Virus record (IMG/VR): IMGVR_UViG_3300025120_000020
Source: a virus
Reading direction: 5' to 3' (one strand)
Length of the DNA stretch: 64,000 nt
How positions within the stretch are numbered: the first letter of the stretch is position 1; each line of letters opens with the position of its first letter. Under the pieces are notes generated by a model, which saw only the letters and a program-made list of their open reading frames with translations, made no database searches and was not told the origin of the DNA. Below are positions 55,634 to 63,772 of the stretch, piece after piece. Position numbers and translations under genes: made by a program.

Positions 55634-55709
55634 TGGTGCGCTCGGTGAGATTTGAACTCACGGCCAAGGGTTTATGAGACCCCTGCTCTAACCACTGAGC
55701 TACAAGCGC
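55634..55709 (-). tRNA. tRNA with CAT anticodon, probably Ile2 (lysidine type)
   Basis: GCGCTTGTAGCTCAGTGGTTAGAGCAGGGGTCTCATAAACCCTTGGCCGTGAGTTCAAATCTCACCGAGCGCACCA; resembles ileX-type rather than fMet. Confidence 0.9.
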
Positions 55710-55713
55710 ATTT

Positions 55714-56292
55714 TTATTCTCCGAATTTATAATTAAAAGCCTCAATGTCTCGTGCATATAGCTCTGCAATCACCTGCTTTGCTTCGTCATTGTAATATTC
55801 GGTATAGTGTTTATGTTTGGATTTGTTTTTGTGCGGAAGTTCCTGTCTTGTAATTCTAATTTTATCACAAATAATATTAAAGTCTTCTTGTAAGTTTTCT
55901 ACTTTGCCTATGAAATTACAACCTTTCGTGAAATCATACTGTGATCCATACTTTGAAAAAAATCTGTCTTTTATAATAAATTCACTACTAATACCACCTG
56001 TAAAAAAATCTATAAAATCAAAAGTAGGGCCACCTTTTTTTTTACTTCGCTTATTCCAATATTCTACTATTGAAACCGCTCTATCAAATGGATTTCTTAC
56101 GAATGCGAACTTAAAGAATGTATTAAAAATATTTTCATTTAAAATTTGTTTCCGATGCCATAAAGGAACATGGTTCCAATCGTAGTCCCATTCTTCACAT
56201 AGTCTATCGCATTTAGGCAGCTTATCAAGAATGCTTGTTGATGCTGTTTTAGCGACTCTTGCAAATATAAATTTATGCTCGTAATTAATCAT
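55714..56292 (-). CDS. Sulfotransferase (Sulfotransfer_2 family)
   Basis: RVAKTASTSI; FVRNPFDRAVS; FIGKVENLQEDF; YARDIEAFNYKF. Confidence 0.85.
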   Translation of the reverse strand: MINYEHKFIFARVAKTASTSILDKLPKCDRLCEEWDYDWNHVPLWHRKQILNENIFNTFFKFAFVRNPFDRAVSIVEYWNKRSKKKGGPTFDFIDFFTGGISSEFIIKDRFFSKYGSQYDFTKGCNFIGKVENLQEDFNIICDKIRITRQELPHKNKSKHKHYTEYYNDEAKQVIAELYARDIEAFNYKFGE

Positions 56293-56294
56293 AG

Positions 56295-56882
56295 TTAATG
56301 TCCGAATTCATAATCGAAAGCCTCAATATCGTCAAAATACCTATCTGTAACTAGATTTTTATTTTCATCAGTATACCACTCAGTATAATGTTCATGATTT
56401 GTCTTATTTTCATGTGGTAATTTCTTGGACTCAAAGCCTAGCTTTTGGCAAATTAAATTAAAATCTTCTTGCAAGTTCTCAAACCTGCCTATAAAATCTA
56501 TATTCTTATTAAGAAAACAAAATTGCGGTTTACAGTGAATACGAGATTTATTAGATTCTAAAAAAGATTTAAAGGTAAACTTATAACCAAGCCTCTTGTA
56601 ATAAAAATAAGAAGACATAATCCTATCCCAAGGGTTCCTGACGAAAGTAAATGAAAAGTATTCTTCTTGCTTTTCTAAGGGGAAATCATTTAATGACATG
56701 TGTTGCTTGTGCCGAAAGCCAATACTAAATTCAGATTTAACTTTCATTGGCAGCGCCGACAGAGGATATTTACTCGTCCAATCATGACTTACTCCATAAT
56801 TAGATAAAATAAATCTCTCTATTGAAGTTCCTCCACATTTAGGTATATGCACGAATATAAATTTATCTCTATCACTAATCAT
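56295..56882 (-). CDS. Sulfotransferase (Sulfotransfer_2 family)
   Basis: FIFVHIPKCGGTSIE; FVRNPWDRIMSSY; FIGRFENLQEDF. Confidence 0.9.
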   Translation of the reverse strand: MISDRDKFIFVHIPKCGGTSIERFILSNYGVSHDWTSKYPLSALPMKVKSEFSIGFRHKQHMSLNDFPLEKQEEYFSFTFVRNPWDRIMSSYFYYKRLGYKFTFKSFLESNKSRIHCKPQFCFLNKNIDFIGRFENLQEDFNLICQKLGFESKKLPHENKTNHEHYTEWYTDENKNLVTDRYFDDIEAFDYEFGH

Positions 56883-56898
56883 TAAATATAAATTCTTT

Positions 56899-57062
56899 TT
56901 ACCAATGTCTAATTGTATTTGCGATAATGAAACCGCAAGTTGTAATATGTATTAACCACCAAAAAGTTCTAATGGCTGCTGCGATATCTGCTTCTTTCCC
57001 ATCGCCTGAGATTTTTTGGCCCATTGTCCTAGCCCATATTCTCCAAATTTTTTTTTATTCAT
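56899..57062 (-). pseudogene. Small membrane protein with apparent 1-nt frameshift in an A9 run
   Basis: With one extra A it reads MNKKKIWRIWARTMGQKISGDGKEADIAAAIRTFWWLIHITTCGFIIANTIRHW; span is 164 nt. Confidence 0.5.
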
Positions 57063-57074
57063 AACTTACCCAAA

Positions 57075-57278
57075 TTAATGACCTTCAATAAGATTATTAA
57101 TCGTTTCAACTACTTCATTATGATGAGCGATAGTCTCTACTTTCTTTTCGATTTCTACGCCCAGATCAGGATGTTCTCCGATAGCTACTTGATTATTCAA
57201 ATAGGTTTCTAGATCTGCTCTGGCGATATCTCCAAGAGCTTCGTGCTTTTTCTTAATTGCTTTTAAATGTGCATTCAT
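57075..57278 (-). CDS. Small conserved-looking phage protein
   Basis: MNAHLKAIKKKHEALG...YLNNQVAIGEHPDL; start trimmed so it does not overlap tRNA-Glu. Confidence 0.7.
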   Translation of the reverse strand: MNAHLKAIKKKHEALGDIARADLETYLNNQVAIGEHPDLGVEIEKKVETIAHHNEVVETINNLIEGH

Positions 57279-57307
57279 ATTATTTTTTATTAGTATTTTT
57301 TTAAAGT

Positions 57308-57382
57308 TGGTAACCCGTAGGGGGATCGAACCCCTATTGCCAGAATGAAAATCTGGAGTCCTAACCATTAGACGAACGGGTC
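57308..57382 (-). tRNA. tRNA-Glu(TTC)
   Basis: GACCCGTTCGTCTAATGGTTAGGACTCCAGATTTTCATTCTGGCAATAGGGGTTCGATCCCCCTACGGGTTACCA. Confidence 0.93.
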
Positions 57383-57387
57383 TTAAG

Positions 57388-57473
57388 TGGTAGCTCTGGA
57401 GGGGATCGAACCCTCACGATCTAGGATCAACGGATTTTAAATCCGCAGCGTCTACCAATTCCGCCACAGAGCC
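57388..57473 (-). tRNA. tRNA-Leu(TAA)
   Basis: GGCTCTGTGGCGGAATTGGTAGACGCTGCGGATTTAAAATCCGTTGATCCTAGATCGTGAGGGTTCGATCCCCTCCAGAGCTACCA; long variable arm. Confidence 0.93.
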
Positions 57474-57478
57474 TAAAT

Positions 57479-57898
57479 TTACTTGGCCGATACTACAATA
57501 TATTCGTGATTGTCTTGATAGCTATGAGCATAAGTAACACAATCCTTGAAGTCTCCATGATAATCAATAAAGGAAGCATCGACCACAAAAAACTTACCAT
57601 CTGGAAGAGAATATTTTTCTGCACCCTTTGCTAAGTGAGTCGAAGAGATCCTCCATCTATCCCCCTCTCTCTTAACCAAACTTTTAAAACGCTTCATTTC
57701 AGAAGGATGATCGTCCTCATTGAAATGCCCAAGCATCTTCTCCAGTTGAAATTTAGTGAGAGATACACAAGCCTCAACTTTTTCTGGATAAACAATCTTT
57801 TCTTGAGTGATTGTTTTGACTTCAGGACTCCTAAAGCAACTCCAAGTTGCGAGCGCCCAAAGCGGTAGTGATGTAGCTAAGAATAATTTTGTTCTCAT
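57479..57898 (-). CDS. Hypothetical protein with N-terminal signal/TM
   Basis: MRTKLFLATSLPLWALATWSC. Confidence 0.65.
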   Translation of the reverse strand: MRTKLFLATSLPLWALATWSCFRSPEVKTITQEKIVYPEKVEACVSLTKFQLEKMLGHFNEDDHPSEMKRFKSLVKREGDRWRISSTHLAKGAEKYSLPDGKFFVVDASFIDYHGDFKDCVTYAHSYQDNHEYIVVSAK

Positions 57899-57901
57899 TT
57901 T

Positions 57902-58138
57902 TTAATAATCAGTAAGGTCTTCTTCTTCTTCGTTAATCGTAATTGTTCTTGCGATTGTCTTTTCAGCGTAGCCCATAGCAACAAGCATTGGGAAAATAGC
58001 CTGTGTCATAAAGTCGGGTAGAGTCATGTCATCCATAGGATGCTCAATCGAAACAATTGGGTTTAATAAAGTGGGATCGCCTTTTTGAAGATATTCCTCA
58101 ATTTGCTTCTCGTTTGTTGGAGTATATGTTACTTTCAT
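57902..58138 (-). CDS. Hypothetical protein
   Basis: ATG 58138 (MKVTYTPTNEK...). Confidence 0.6.
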   Translation of the reverse strand: MKVTYTPTNEKQIEEYLQKGDPTLLNPIVSIEHPMDDMTLPDFMTQAIFPMLVAMGYAEKTIARTITINEEEEDLTDY

Positions 58139-58160
58139 TTGTTTCTTTGATTTCAGGACT

Positions 58161-58409
58161 CTAAGATACAAGCTCGTCATTGTCAAGCTCTTTTGATAAA
58201 AAACATGGAGTAGAGTCACCCATCCACGCTCCTATTTGATTATAATAAAAAAACTCTTCTGCCTCGGATCTGTTCATGTCTTGGGATTTCAGTTTGCAAA
58301 GAACTTTTTCTTTGTCATAACAGAGAATCGGTTCTTGGCCAGCTCTTTCTACTACCCCGACAATACAGTCATCGTAGCCGTCCATTTTTATTAAATTTTT
58401 ATCCATCAT
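58161..58409 (-). CDS. Conserved-looking phage protein
   Basis: DGYDDCIVGV...EAEEFFYYNQIGAWMGDSTPCF. Confidence 0.7.
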   Translation of the reverse strand: MMDKNLIKMDGYDDCIVGVVERAGQEPILCYDKEKVLCKLKSQDMNRSEAEEFFYYNQIGAWMGDSTPCFLSKELDNDELVS

Positions 58410-58414
58410 ATTAT

Positions 58415-58490
58415 TGGTGGTGCAGTGAGATTTGAACTCACACATTGACACTCTTTGTATCGAGCCGTCTCTACATTGGACTATGCACCC
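58415..58490 (-). tRNA. Aberrant tRNA or tRNA pseudogene, anticodon unassignable
   Basis: GGGTGCATAGTCCAATGTAGAGACGGCTCGATACAAAGAGTGTCAATGTGTGAGTTCAAATCTCACTGCACCACCA; intact T arm and CCA, 6-bp acceptor, irregular anticodon arm. Confidence 0.6.
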
Positions 58491-58572
58491 TCTTCTATTG
58501 ATTAAAACAATTAATGAGTAATATTAGCATACCAATCAGTGCGACAAACAACCACATTGCTTCAGCATTCAT

Positions 58573-58776
58573 TTATCCATTTCCCTCATTTGGGAATACT
58601 TCTTTCTCCGATCCGTCTTGGAACATAGCTAGCACCCTACCTTTGCATTGAATCGCATTTTGCTTTGCCATATCCAAGCAATTGATTGAGGGGTTCACCT
58701 TCTCAAGGTCAGTTGAATACCCGCCCATCCAATCACCCTTACGACTGTAAACATTGTATGTTTTGATTTCAGACAT
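58573..58776 (-). CDS. Hypothetical protein
   Basis: 67-aa ORF. Confidence 0.6.
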   Translation of the reverse strand: MSEIKTYNVYSRKGDWMGGYSTDLEKVNPSINCLDMAKQNAIQCKGRVLAMFQDGSEKEVFPNEGNG

Positions 58777-58994
58777 TATGCTTCAAGCTTGATGTCAATC
58801 TTCGAAACCTCTTCTGTAGGAGCTTCGCTGCTAGCGATTACTGCACTAGGGGTAGAGTCAACCACAATGTTCAATTTCTCCAGCCAAACCCTTGATACGG
58901 GGATTGTCTGCTTTCGACCGAACAAGTCATTCAGTTGCTCTAGGTTGATGTTCACAAATGATGTGCCACCTTTGGGTCTTCCACGTTTTGCCAT
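58776..58994 (-). CDS. Small protein with AT-hook-like N-terminus
   Basis: MAKRGRPKGG from ATG 58994. Confidence 0.6.
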   Translation of the reverse strand: MAKRGRPKGGTSFVNINLEQLNDLFGRKQTIPVSRVWLEKLNIVVDSTPSAVIASSEAPTEEVSKIDIKLEA

Positions 58995-59028
58995 AATATT
59001 AGTTGGTTTGTTTTTTTTGTTTAGGAGA

Positions 59029-59226
59029 TTAGTATCCGCACTTCGAAACGACTGCACTGGCTTCTCTGGAGAGAACCTCAAGAGTATCGTCATAGTCAAT
59101 CACCTCTGCCTCTTTGAGAGCTTTTTCCAAGCCACCAATGAGTTCCCAAAGGTTTTCTGCTTCGATCTTGTTGCCGTTGACTTCGATGTCGATCTTAGAA
59201 AAGTCAAACTCTAGTTCGTCGTTCAT
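59029..59226 (-). CDS. Acidic hypothetical protein (leaderless)
   Basis: TTGACC-16-TATTAT 6 nt before ATG on the minus strand. Confidence 0.6.
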   Translation of the reverse strand: MNDELEFDFSKIDIEVNGNKIEAENLWELIGGLEKALKEAEVIDYDDTLEVLSREASAVVSKCGY

Positions 59227-59271
59227 GGTCGTATAATAGTAGGTTTCGGTTCTGGGTCAAGTTTTATTTCA

Positions 59272-60204
59272 TTAAATTGTTTGAGCAAGTGCCATGCCCT
59301 GTCTGGTGAGTTTTCTCTTGACATCTATCTCTAGCAAGTTCTTTCTGACCAGAATCTGCTCGTAGTCTCTCTGGATAGCTTGCTTCTGGTAACCAGTCAC
59401 AGAGCAGAGTCCATTGAGTGTCATTGCTCCCCTGTCCCTCAGAGTCTTTACGATCTGAATCTCAGAGTTTGATAAGCCCATTGGATTGACCCCCATAGCC
59501 TTACAGAACTCAGACCAGACGGTCTTTGTGAAGATTTTAAGCTTGGTAGCGGAGGCATACGTCTGAGCGTCCTGAGCCTTGACTACAGCATCTCTTGGGT
59601 TGCCCCTCAACACAGAAACGATCTCTTTCTTTGTCTCAGGGTCGATTTGAACTTTTTCTTCCAGATTAGACTCAAAGATTTTGTAAAGCTCCTCTCCAGA
59701 ATAATCTTCAAAAGAAATATCTCTAAGTCGATCTCTCAGTGGCTCACAAAGCTTTTCTTGATTTGTTGTTGCCATGCAAAGTGAAAGCTTCGAAAAGTCA
59801 AAAGTGAACGTTCCCTCTTCCGTAGTAACAGTTCGAACTGGATTCTTGTCCACGTTCAGTGCTGTCAAGAAAATTTCCTGCAAGTCCTTGGGGATGTTAT
59901 GTCCCTCATCAATAAAAAGAAAAGCGCTATGCTCAACCCACAATGGGTAAACCTGCTCAAAGAACGCACGAGCGTTTCTGATTGTCTTGCCGTTAATCTC
60001 AAGCATTGGAGGACGAGTGCCATCTGGACGCTCAAGAGCCTCGCGGAACTTACGAGCAAAGAAGGTTTTACCTCCACCCTTCTGGGTAGTGAGGTTAATA
60101 AACGGCAAACGGTTTGTCGCCTTATAAGAGTCAATGAATACACTCAAAGTGCGCTTGACTGATTCTTGTCCAATGGCTCCTTCGAATATCTTGTTGATTT
60201 CCAT
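59272..60204 (-). CDS. ruvB: RuvB-like AAA+ Holliday junction branch-migration ATPase
   Basis: IGQESVKRTL, GGGKT, LFIDEGH, MATTN...PLRDRL, RGNPR, C-terminal winged helix (YEQILVRKNLL...RKLT); leaderless TTGATC-16-TATTCT promoter. Confidence 0.8.
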   Translation of the reverse strand: MEINKIFEGAIGQESVKRTLSVFIDSYKATNRLPFINLTTQKGGGKTFFARKFREALERPDGTRPPMLEINGKTIRNARAFFEQVYPLWVEHSAFLFIDEGHNIPKDLQEIFLTALNVDKNPVRTVTTEEGTFTFDFSKLSLCMATTNQEKLCEPLRDRLRDISFEDYSGEELYKIFESNLEEKVQIDPETKKEIVSVLRGNPRDAVVKAQDAQTYASATKLKIFTKTVWSEFCKAMGVNPMGLSNSEIQIVKTLRDRGAMTLNGLCSVTGYQKQAIQRDYEQILVRKNLLEIDVKRKLTRQGMALAQTI

Positions 60205-60256
60205 GTCCGAAGAATAACAGTATTCTCGGGTAGATCAACACTTTTTTGATTAAAAA

Positions 60257-60550
60257 TTACTTTTTTCTTAACCCACTGTTATTCAATGCCCAAGGGATCA
60301 CTAAATTCTCAACACACCTTACATAAGCCTCTTCGTCGTTCAATTCCATGAAGGCTATGCCTGTCATCTCAAAAATCATGTGCGTTACTTCGTGAACCAA
60401 GGTCCACCAGTGCTGCTCTGGATCTTTTAGGCATTTTTTATTCAATTTAATTACCTTATCATCCATCAAACATTCTCCCCAATCTTCCATTTCCTCGTAA
60501 ATAATTTTTATTTTTTTATCTAAAACCTCGACGGAAGAAAGCTTTTTCAT
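60257..60550 (-). CDS. HEXXH metallopeptidase-like small protein
   Basis: TLVHEVTHMIF...EE; preceded by GTGTA motif. Confidence 0.6.
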   Translation of the reverse strand: MKKLSSVEVLDKKIKIIYEEMEDWGECLMDDKVIKLNKKCLKDPEQHWWTLVHEVTHMIFEMTGIAFMELNDEEAYVRCVENLVIPWALNNSGLRKK

Positions 60551-60607
60551 CTTAAATAATTACACTTTGATCTTGACTAAGCGGATAAAACATTGAGAAT
60601 ATTTTTA

Positions 60608-60826
60608 ATGACCTCAGAAGAGAAATTAAAAATATTAGATCAAGCTAGGGCAAAAATGAGCGAATTAAAAGAAGCTCAAGCTAATCTCTATGCAGAAACC
60701 AGAGAAAAATTAGGATTAACCGAGAGGTATGATCGTAATCTCTGGGACTTTCTTGTGGTTGGATTACAATTTCCTAGACGCGAGCTTGAAGTAGCCTTGC
60801 ACACAAATGAAGGAAAAGATGCTTGA
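60608..60826 (+). CDS. Hypothetical protein
   Basis: ATG 60608; TTGACT upstream. Confidence 0.6.
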   Translation: MTSEEKLKILDQARAKMSELKEAQANLYAETREKLGLTERYDRNLWDFLVVGLQFPRRELEVALHTNEGKDA

Positions 60827-60859
60827 CTTCAATTTTTAAGTGTTTAAATTGGCCCAGAC

Positions 60860-61357
60860 ATGAATATATTCTGTTTAGACGAAGACCCCGAAATTGCTGC
60901 TCGCCAGCATTGCGACAAACATTGTGTCAAGATGATTCTTGAATGCAATCAACTTCTCTGCACGACATTCTGGATGCAGGATCTTGAAGCCCCATACAAG
61001 AAGACTCATTACAATCATCCCTCTGCAATCTGGGCTAGAGAGTCCCGTGGTAACTTTGAGTGGCTTGTTCAGCATGCAGCAGCTTTACTTCACGAATATA
61101 CTAGAAGGTATGGCAAGCGTCACAAAAGCACAGATACTTTTATTTGGATTCTGGAGAACAAACATCGCTTACACTTCGATGAGCAAGAGCAAACAGAATT
61201 TGCTGTAGCAATTGCTCAAGACCAGAGATGCAGACAGCTACCAAACTTCGAAACTCTTTCTGTTGTGGAAAAGTATCGTGAGTATTACAATCATGATAAA
61301 TCCTATATGGCTAAATGGCAACACAGCGAAACACCAAAGTGGTATACCGTAAAATAA
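60860..61357 (+). CDS. Pyrimidine-dimer DNA glycosylase-like (Pyr_excise/DenV-related)
   Basis: MNIFCLDEDP...HCDKHCVKMILECNQLL, YKKTHYNHPSAIWAR, EYTRRYGKRH, YREYY. Confidence 0.75.
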   Translation: MNIFCLDEDPEIAARQHCDKHCVKMILECNQLLCTTFWMQDLEAPYKKTHYNHPSAIWARESRGNFEWLVQHAAALLHEYTRRYGKRHKSTDTFIWILENKHRLHFDEQEQTEFAVAIAQDQRCRQLPNFETLSVVEKYREYYNHDKSYMAKWQHSETPKWYTVK

Positions 61358-61460
61358 AAAAAATAATATTTGGACCCACATTTTTTTCTTTAGTTATTGG
61401 ATATGCTATTGGAATTTGGGTTTCAGTCCTATTAATATTAATAAAAGAATACTTTAATTT

Positions 61461-61700
61461 ATGAGACAAGCATTTCAAAACTTAGTTCTGATCATTTCAT
61501 CAATTATAATTGGAGCAACTCTTGGGGTTGTAGTCGGATTGATTTGTTGGTTTAGATTCCCATTTCAAATCTATACTCAAGCAAAAATCAATTTAGCTGA
61601 AAATAGAATCCGCAAAGCAAGAGAACAACTAAAAGAATACGGCAAAGAAGATATTTGGGAGAAACACCTACAAAGAATGGAAGAAAAAAAAGAATTATGA
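61461..61700 (+). CDS. Small membrane protein
   Basis: N-terminal TM segment LVLIISSIIIGATLGVVVGLICWF. Confidence 0.6.
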   Translation: MRQAFQNLVLIISSIIIGATLGVVVGLICWFRFPFQIYTQAKINLAENRIRKAREQLKEYGKEDIWEKHLQRMEEKKEL

Positions 61701-62038
61701 CAACTGAAGAACTATTAAAACTGCACAAAGATACCTGCGACACTTGCAGGGATATTATGAAGCAAAAAAATAACGATTATACTGGAGGGAAAACTTCAAA
61801 AGACCCCTTCGCTAATTTTAACGCTGCATCTGTTCTGGGTATTGATCCAGTGCAAGGCTTACTACTTAGAGTAATCGATAAGATTCAAAGGATTAGGTCT
61901 TTTACAAATGACAAGGAGTTGAAGGTATCAAATGAGAGTGTCGAAGATGCTTGCGATGATATTGTTAATTATGCAATTTTAGCAAAGGCAATGCTTATGG
62001 AACAAAGAAGTCGTATAAGCTACCCAGAAATTGAGTAA
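61697..62038 (+). CDS. DUF1599 / nucleotide-modification-associated domain protein
   Basis: KNNDYTGG...DPFANF...GLLLRVIDKIQRI...ESVEDACDDIVNYAIL. Confidence 0.65.
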   Translation: MTTEELLKLHKDTCDTCRDIMKQKNNDYTGGKTSKDPFANFNAASVLGIDPVQGLLLRVIDKIQRIRSFTNDKELKVSNESVEDACDDIVNYAILAKAMLMEQRSRISYPEIE

Positions 62039-62063
62039 AAACGATTAAAAATTCACCACTTAT

Positions 62064-62093
62064 AAACCCACTCCTACGGGAGTGGGTTTTTTT
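62064..62093 (+). terminator. Intrinsic terminator
   Basis: AAACCCACTCC-TACG-GGAGTGGGTTT + T tract. Confidence 0.85.
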
Positions 62094-62107
62094 GTGTAAC
62101 ATAAGAT

Positions 62108-63772
62108 ATGCCTTCTGCAACGAGAGTTCACTCCCATGAGAGCCAAGTCTACATTGATAGCACTTTGATTAGAGGCGTTCAATCTTTCAGCTATGAGAAT
62201 CCCAAAAATGTTCAAGAGCTAAGAAAACTTGGGTCTTACAAACAAGAAGATTATATTTTAACAGCAGATCAACCCATTGATACATCTATAGATTTTATCG
62301 TCAATGATCATATTTTAGGCAGAGCTGGCAACTATTTGAAATTTTTAAGTTCAGATGAGTCTACATTAAAGTTAAAGGACGCTACTGCTGAAACCACTTT
62401 CAGTAAAGCCAACTTAACCAACTTCTCTTTTGATTGCAGTATCGGAGATTTTGTTCGTGGGAACTATGGATTCCAGTGTGATTCTTTGTCTGTAAGCTCT
62501 TCTGAAGAATTAGAAGATTCTGATTTAGATTCAAGCAAGTTTAATGTCTTTCGCCCACAAGATATAACTCTAACTACAACTTTGGCCGAAGGAAAAAACT
62601 CTACAGACTTTCCTATTCAATCTGTTTCGCTATCTGTAGGAATAGAAAGAAGAGCTACTATCAGAGTCGGAGAACGAGGAGCAAAAAGAAGATATCCCGT
62701 GTTACCAGCCCAAGGATCTTTAGAAATATCTATAATTAAAAATAATGTTGAGGAAACTTTAAATCTATCAAACCTAGTAACTGAGAAAGGAAACTTTACA
62801 TTTTTAATAACTGAAACAGTATTGGGGACAGCTTCCACCACACCAAATTTAAAATTAGTCGTTCACAATTGTTTTTTAAATTCTGTGAGTCACTCTCATG
62901 ATTTAGATGGTAATGCAACATTGAATTTTTCTTATTCGTTCCCGATTGCAAATGATTCCGTAGAGTATCATTTCCCCGACGATGACGCAGAGGCTTACAT
63001 CACTGCAATTGAGGGGGATGGAGTGAGTGTTTCGGACGCTCAGAAAACTGCAATTAAAACATTTTACACAACTGCCAAGAGTGGTGGCTGGTATTCTAGC
63101 TTGAAACGTCTATATCTCCCTATCTGGGGAGCCGCTGCGCCAAACGCTCGATGCCTTGTTAGTTCTACAAGCGGGACGTTTGAGGGTTCGTTTACTTTCG
63201 CTGCTGGATACTCTCACCCAGACGCTGCAAGCAACGCCAACCGTTTTAATACTGGATACAAACTTCTTGATGACCTCACGACTGAGAACGCTTGTCTCAT
63301 GGCCCTTGCTTATGATTCTACCTCTCCACATGACAGAGCTATTAACGCCGCCAACAAAACCATCATCGGTGCTGGCGCAGTCACTGCGAACAGTGTCCGA
63401 ATTAATACAGTGAGTAGTTCTCTGCTGCCCCAAGCATGTTGGCTGGGCGTAAACGAGTCTACTCTTCCCACCTTTGGTTCTCACGGAGTTCTGCTATCCA
63501 ACCGCAAAGACGGAGACACAACCCTCAGTCGCCGCACTGGTTCGGCCTACGACGAGGATTCAACGACAGGCACGTTGACTGGAACGTATAACAACACGTT
63601 CCCAATCGTCGGATTCGGGTCCGCCGCGTCCTCGACAGGGTCTGCTGCCCAATCCACAGATTCTAACGCTGGTGCGTTCGGAATTAGTGAGGGGTTAAAT
63701 GCGACTAACCGCAATGCTTACACGCTCGCTATTAAAACCCTCTGGGAAGCTTGTTCAGGACTAACTTTATGA
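62108..63772 (+). CDS. Tail-tube paralogue fused to a C-terminal fibre/lectin-like domain
   Basis: N-half matches 25930-27141 (TRVHSHESQVYI vs TRVISQNKAVYV; FRPQDITLT vs LRPQDVTIT; FPIQSVSLSV vs LPIQSASVEL). Confidence 0.65.
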   Translation: MPSATRVHSHESQVYIDSTLIRGVQSFSYENPKNVQELRKLGSYKQEDYILTADQPIDTSIDFIVNDHILGRAGNYLKFLSSDESTLKLKDATAETTFSKANLTNFSFDCSIGDFVRGNYGFQCDSLSVSSSEELEDSDLDSSKFNVFRPQDITLTTTLAEGKNSTDFPIQSVSLSVGIERRATIRVGERGAKRRYPVLPAQGSLEISIIKNNVEETLNLSNLVTEKGNFTFLITETVLGTASTTPNLKLVVHNCFLNSVSHSHDLDGNATLNFSYSFPIANDSVEYHFPDDDAEAYITAIEGDGVSVSDAQKTAIKTFYTTAKSGGWYSSLKRLYLPIWGAAAPNARCLVSSTSGTFEGSFTFAAGYSHPDAASNANRFNTGYKLLDDLTTENACLMALAYDSTSPHDRAINAANKTIIGAGAVTANSVRINTVSSSLLPQACWLGVNESTLPTFGSHGVLLSNRKDGDTTLSRRTGSAYDEDSTTGTLTGTYNNTFPIVGFGSAASSTGSAAQSTDSNAGAFGISEGLNATNRNAYTLAIKTLWEACSGLTL

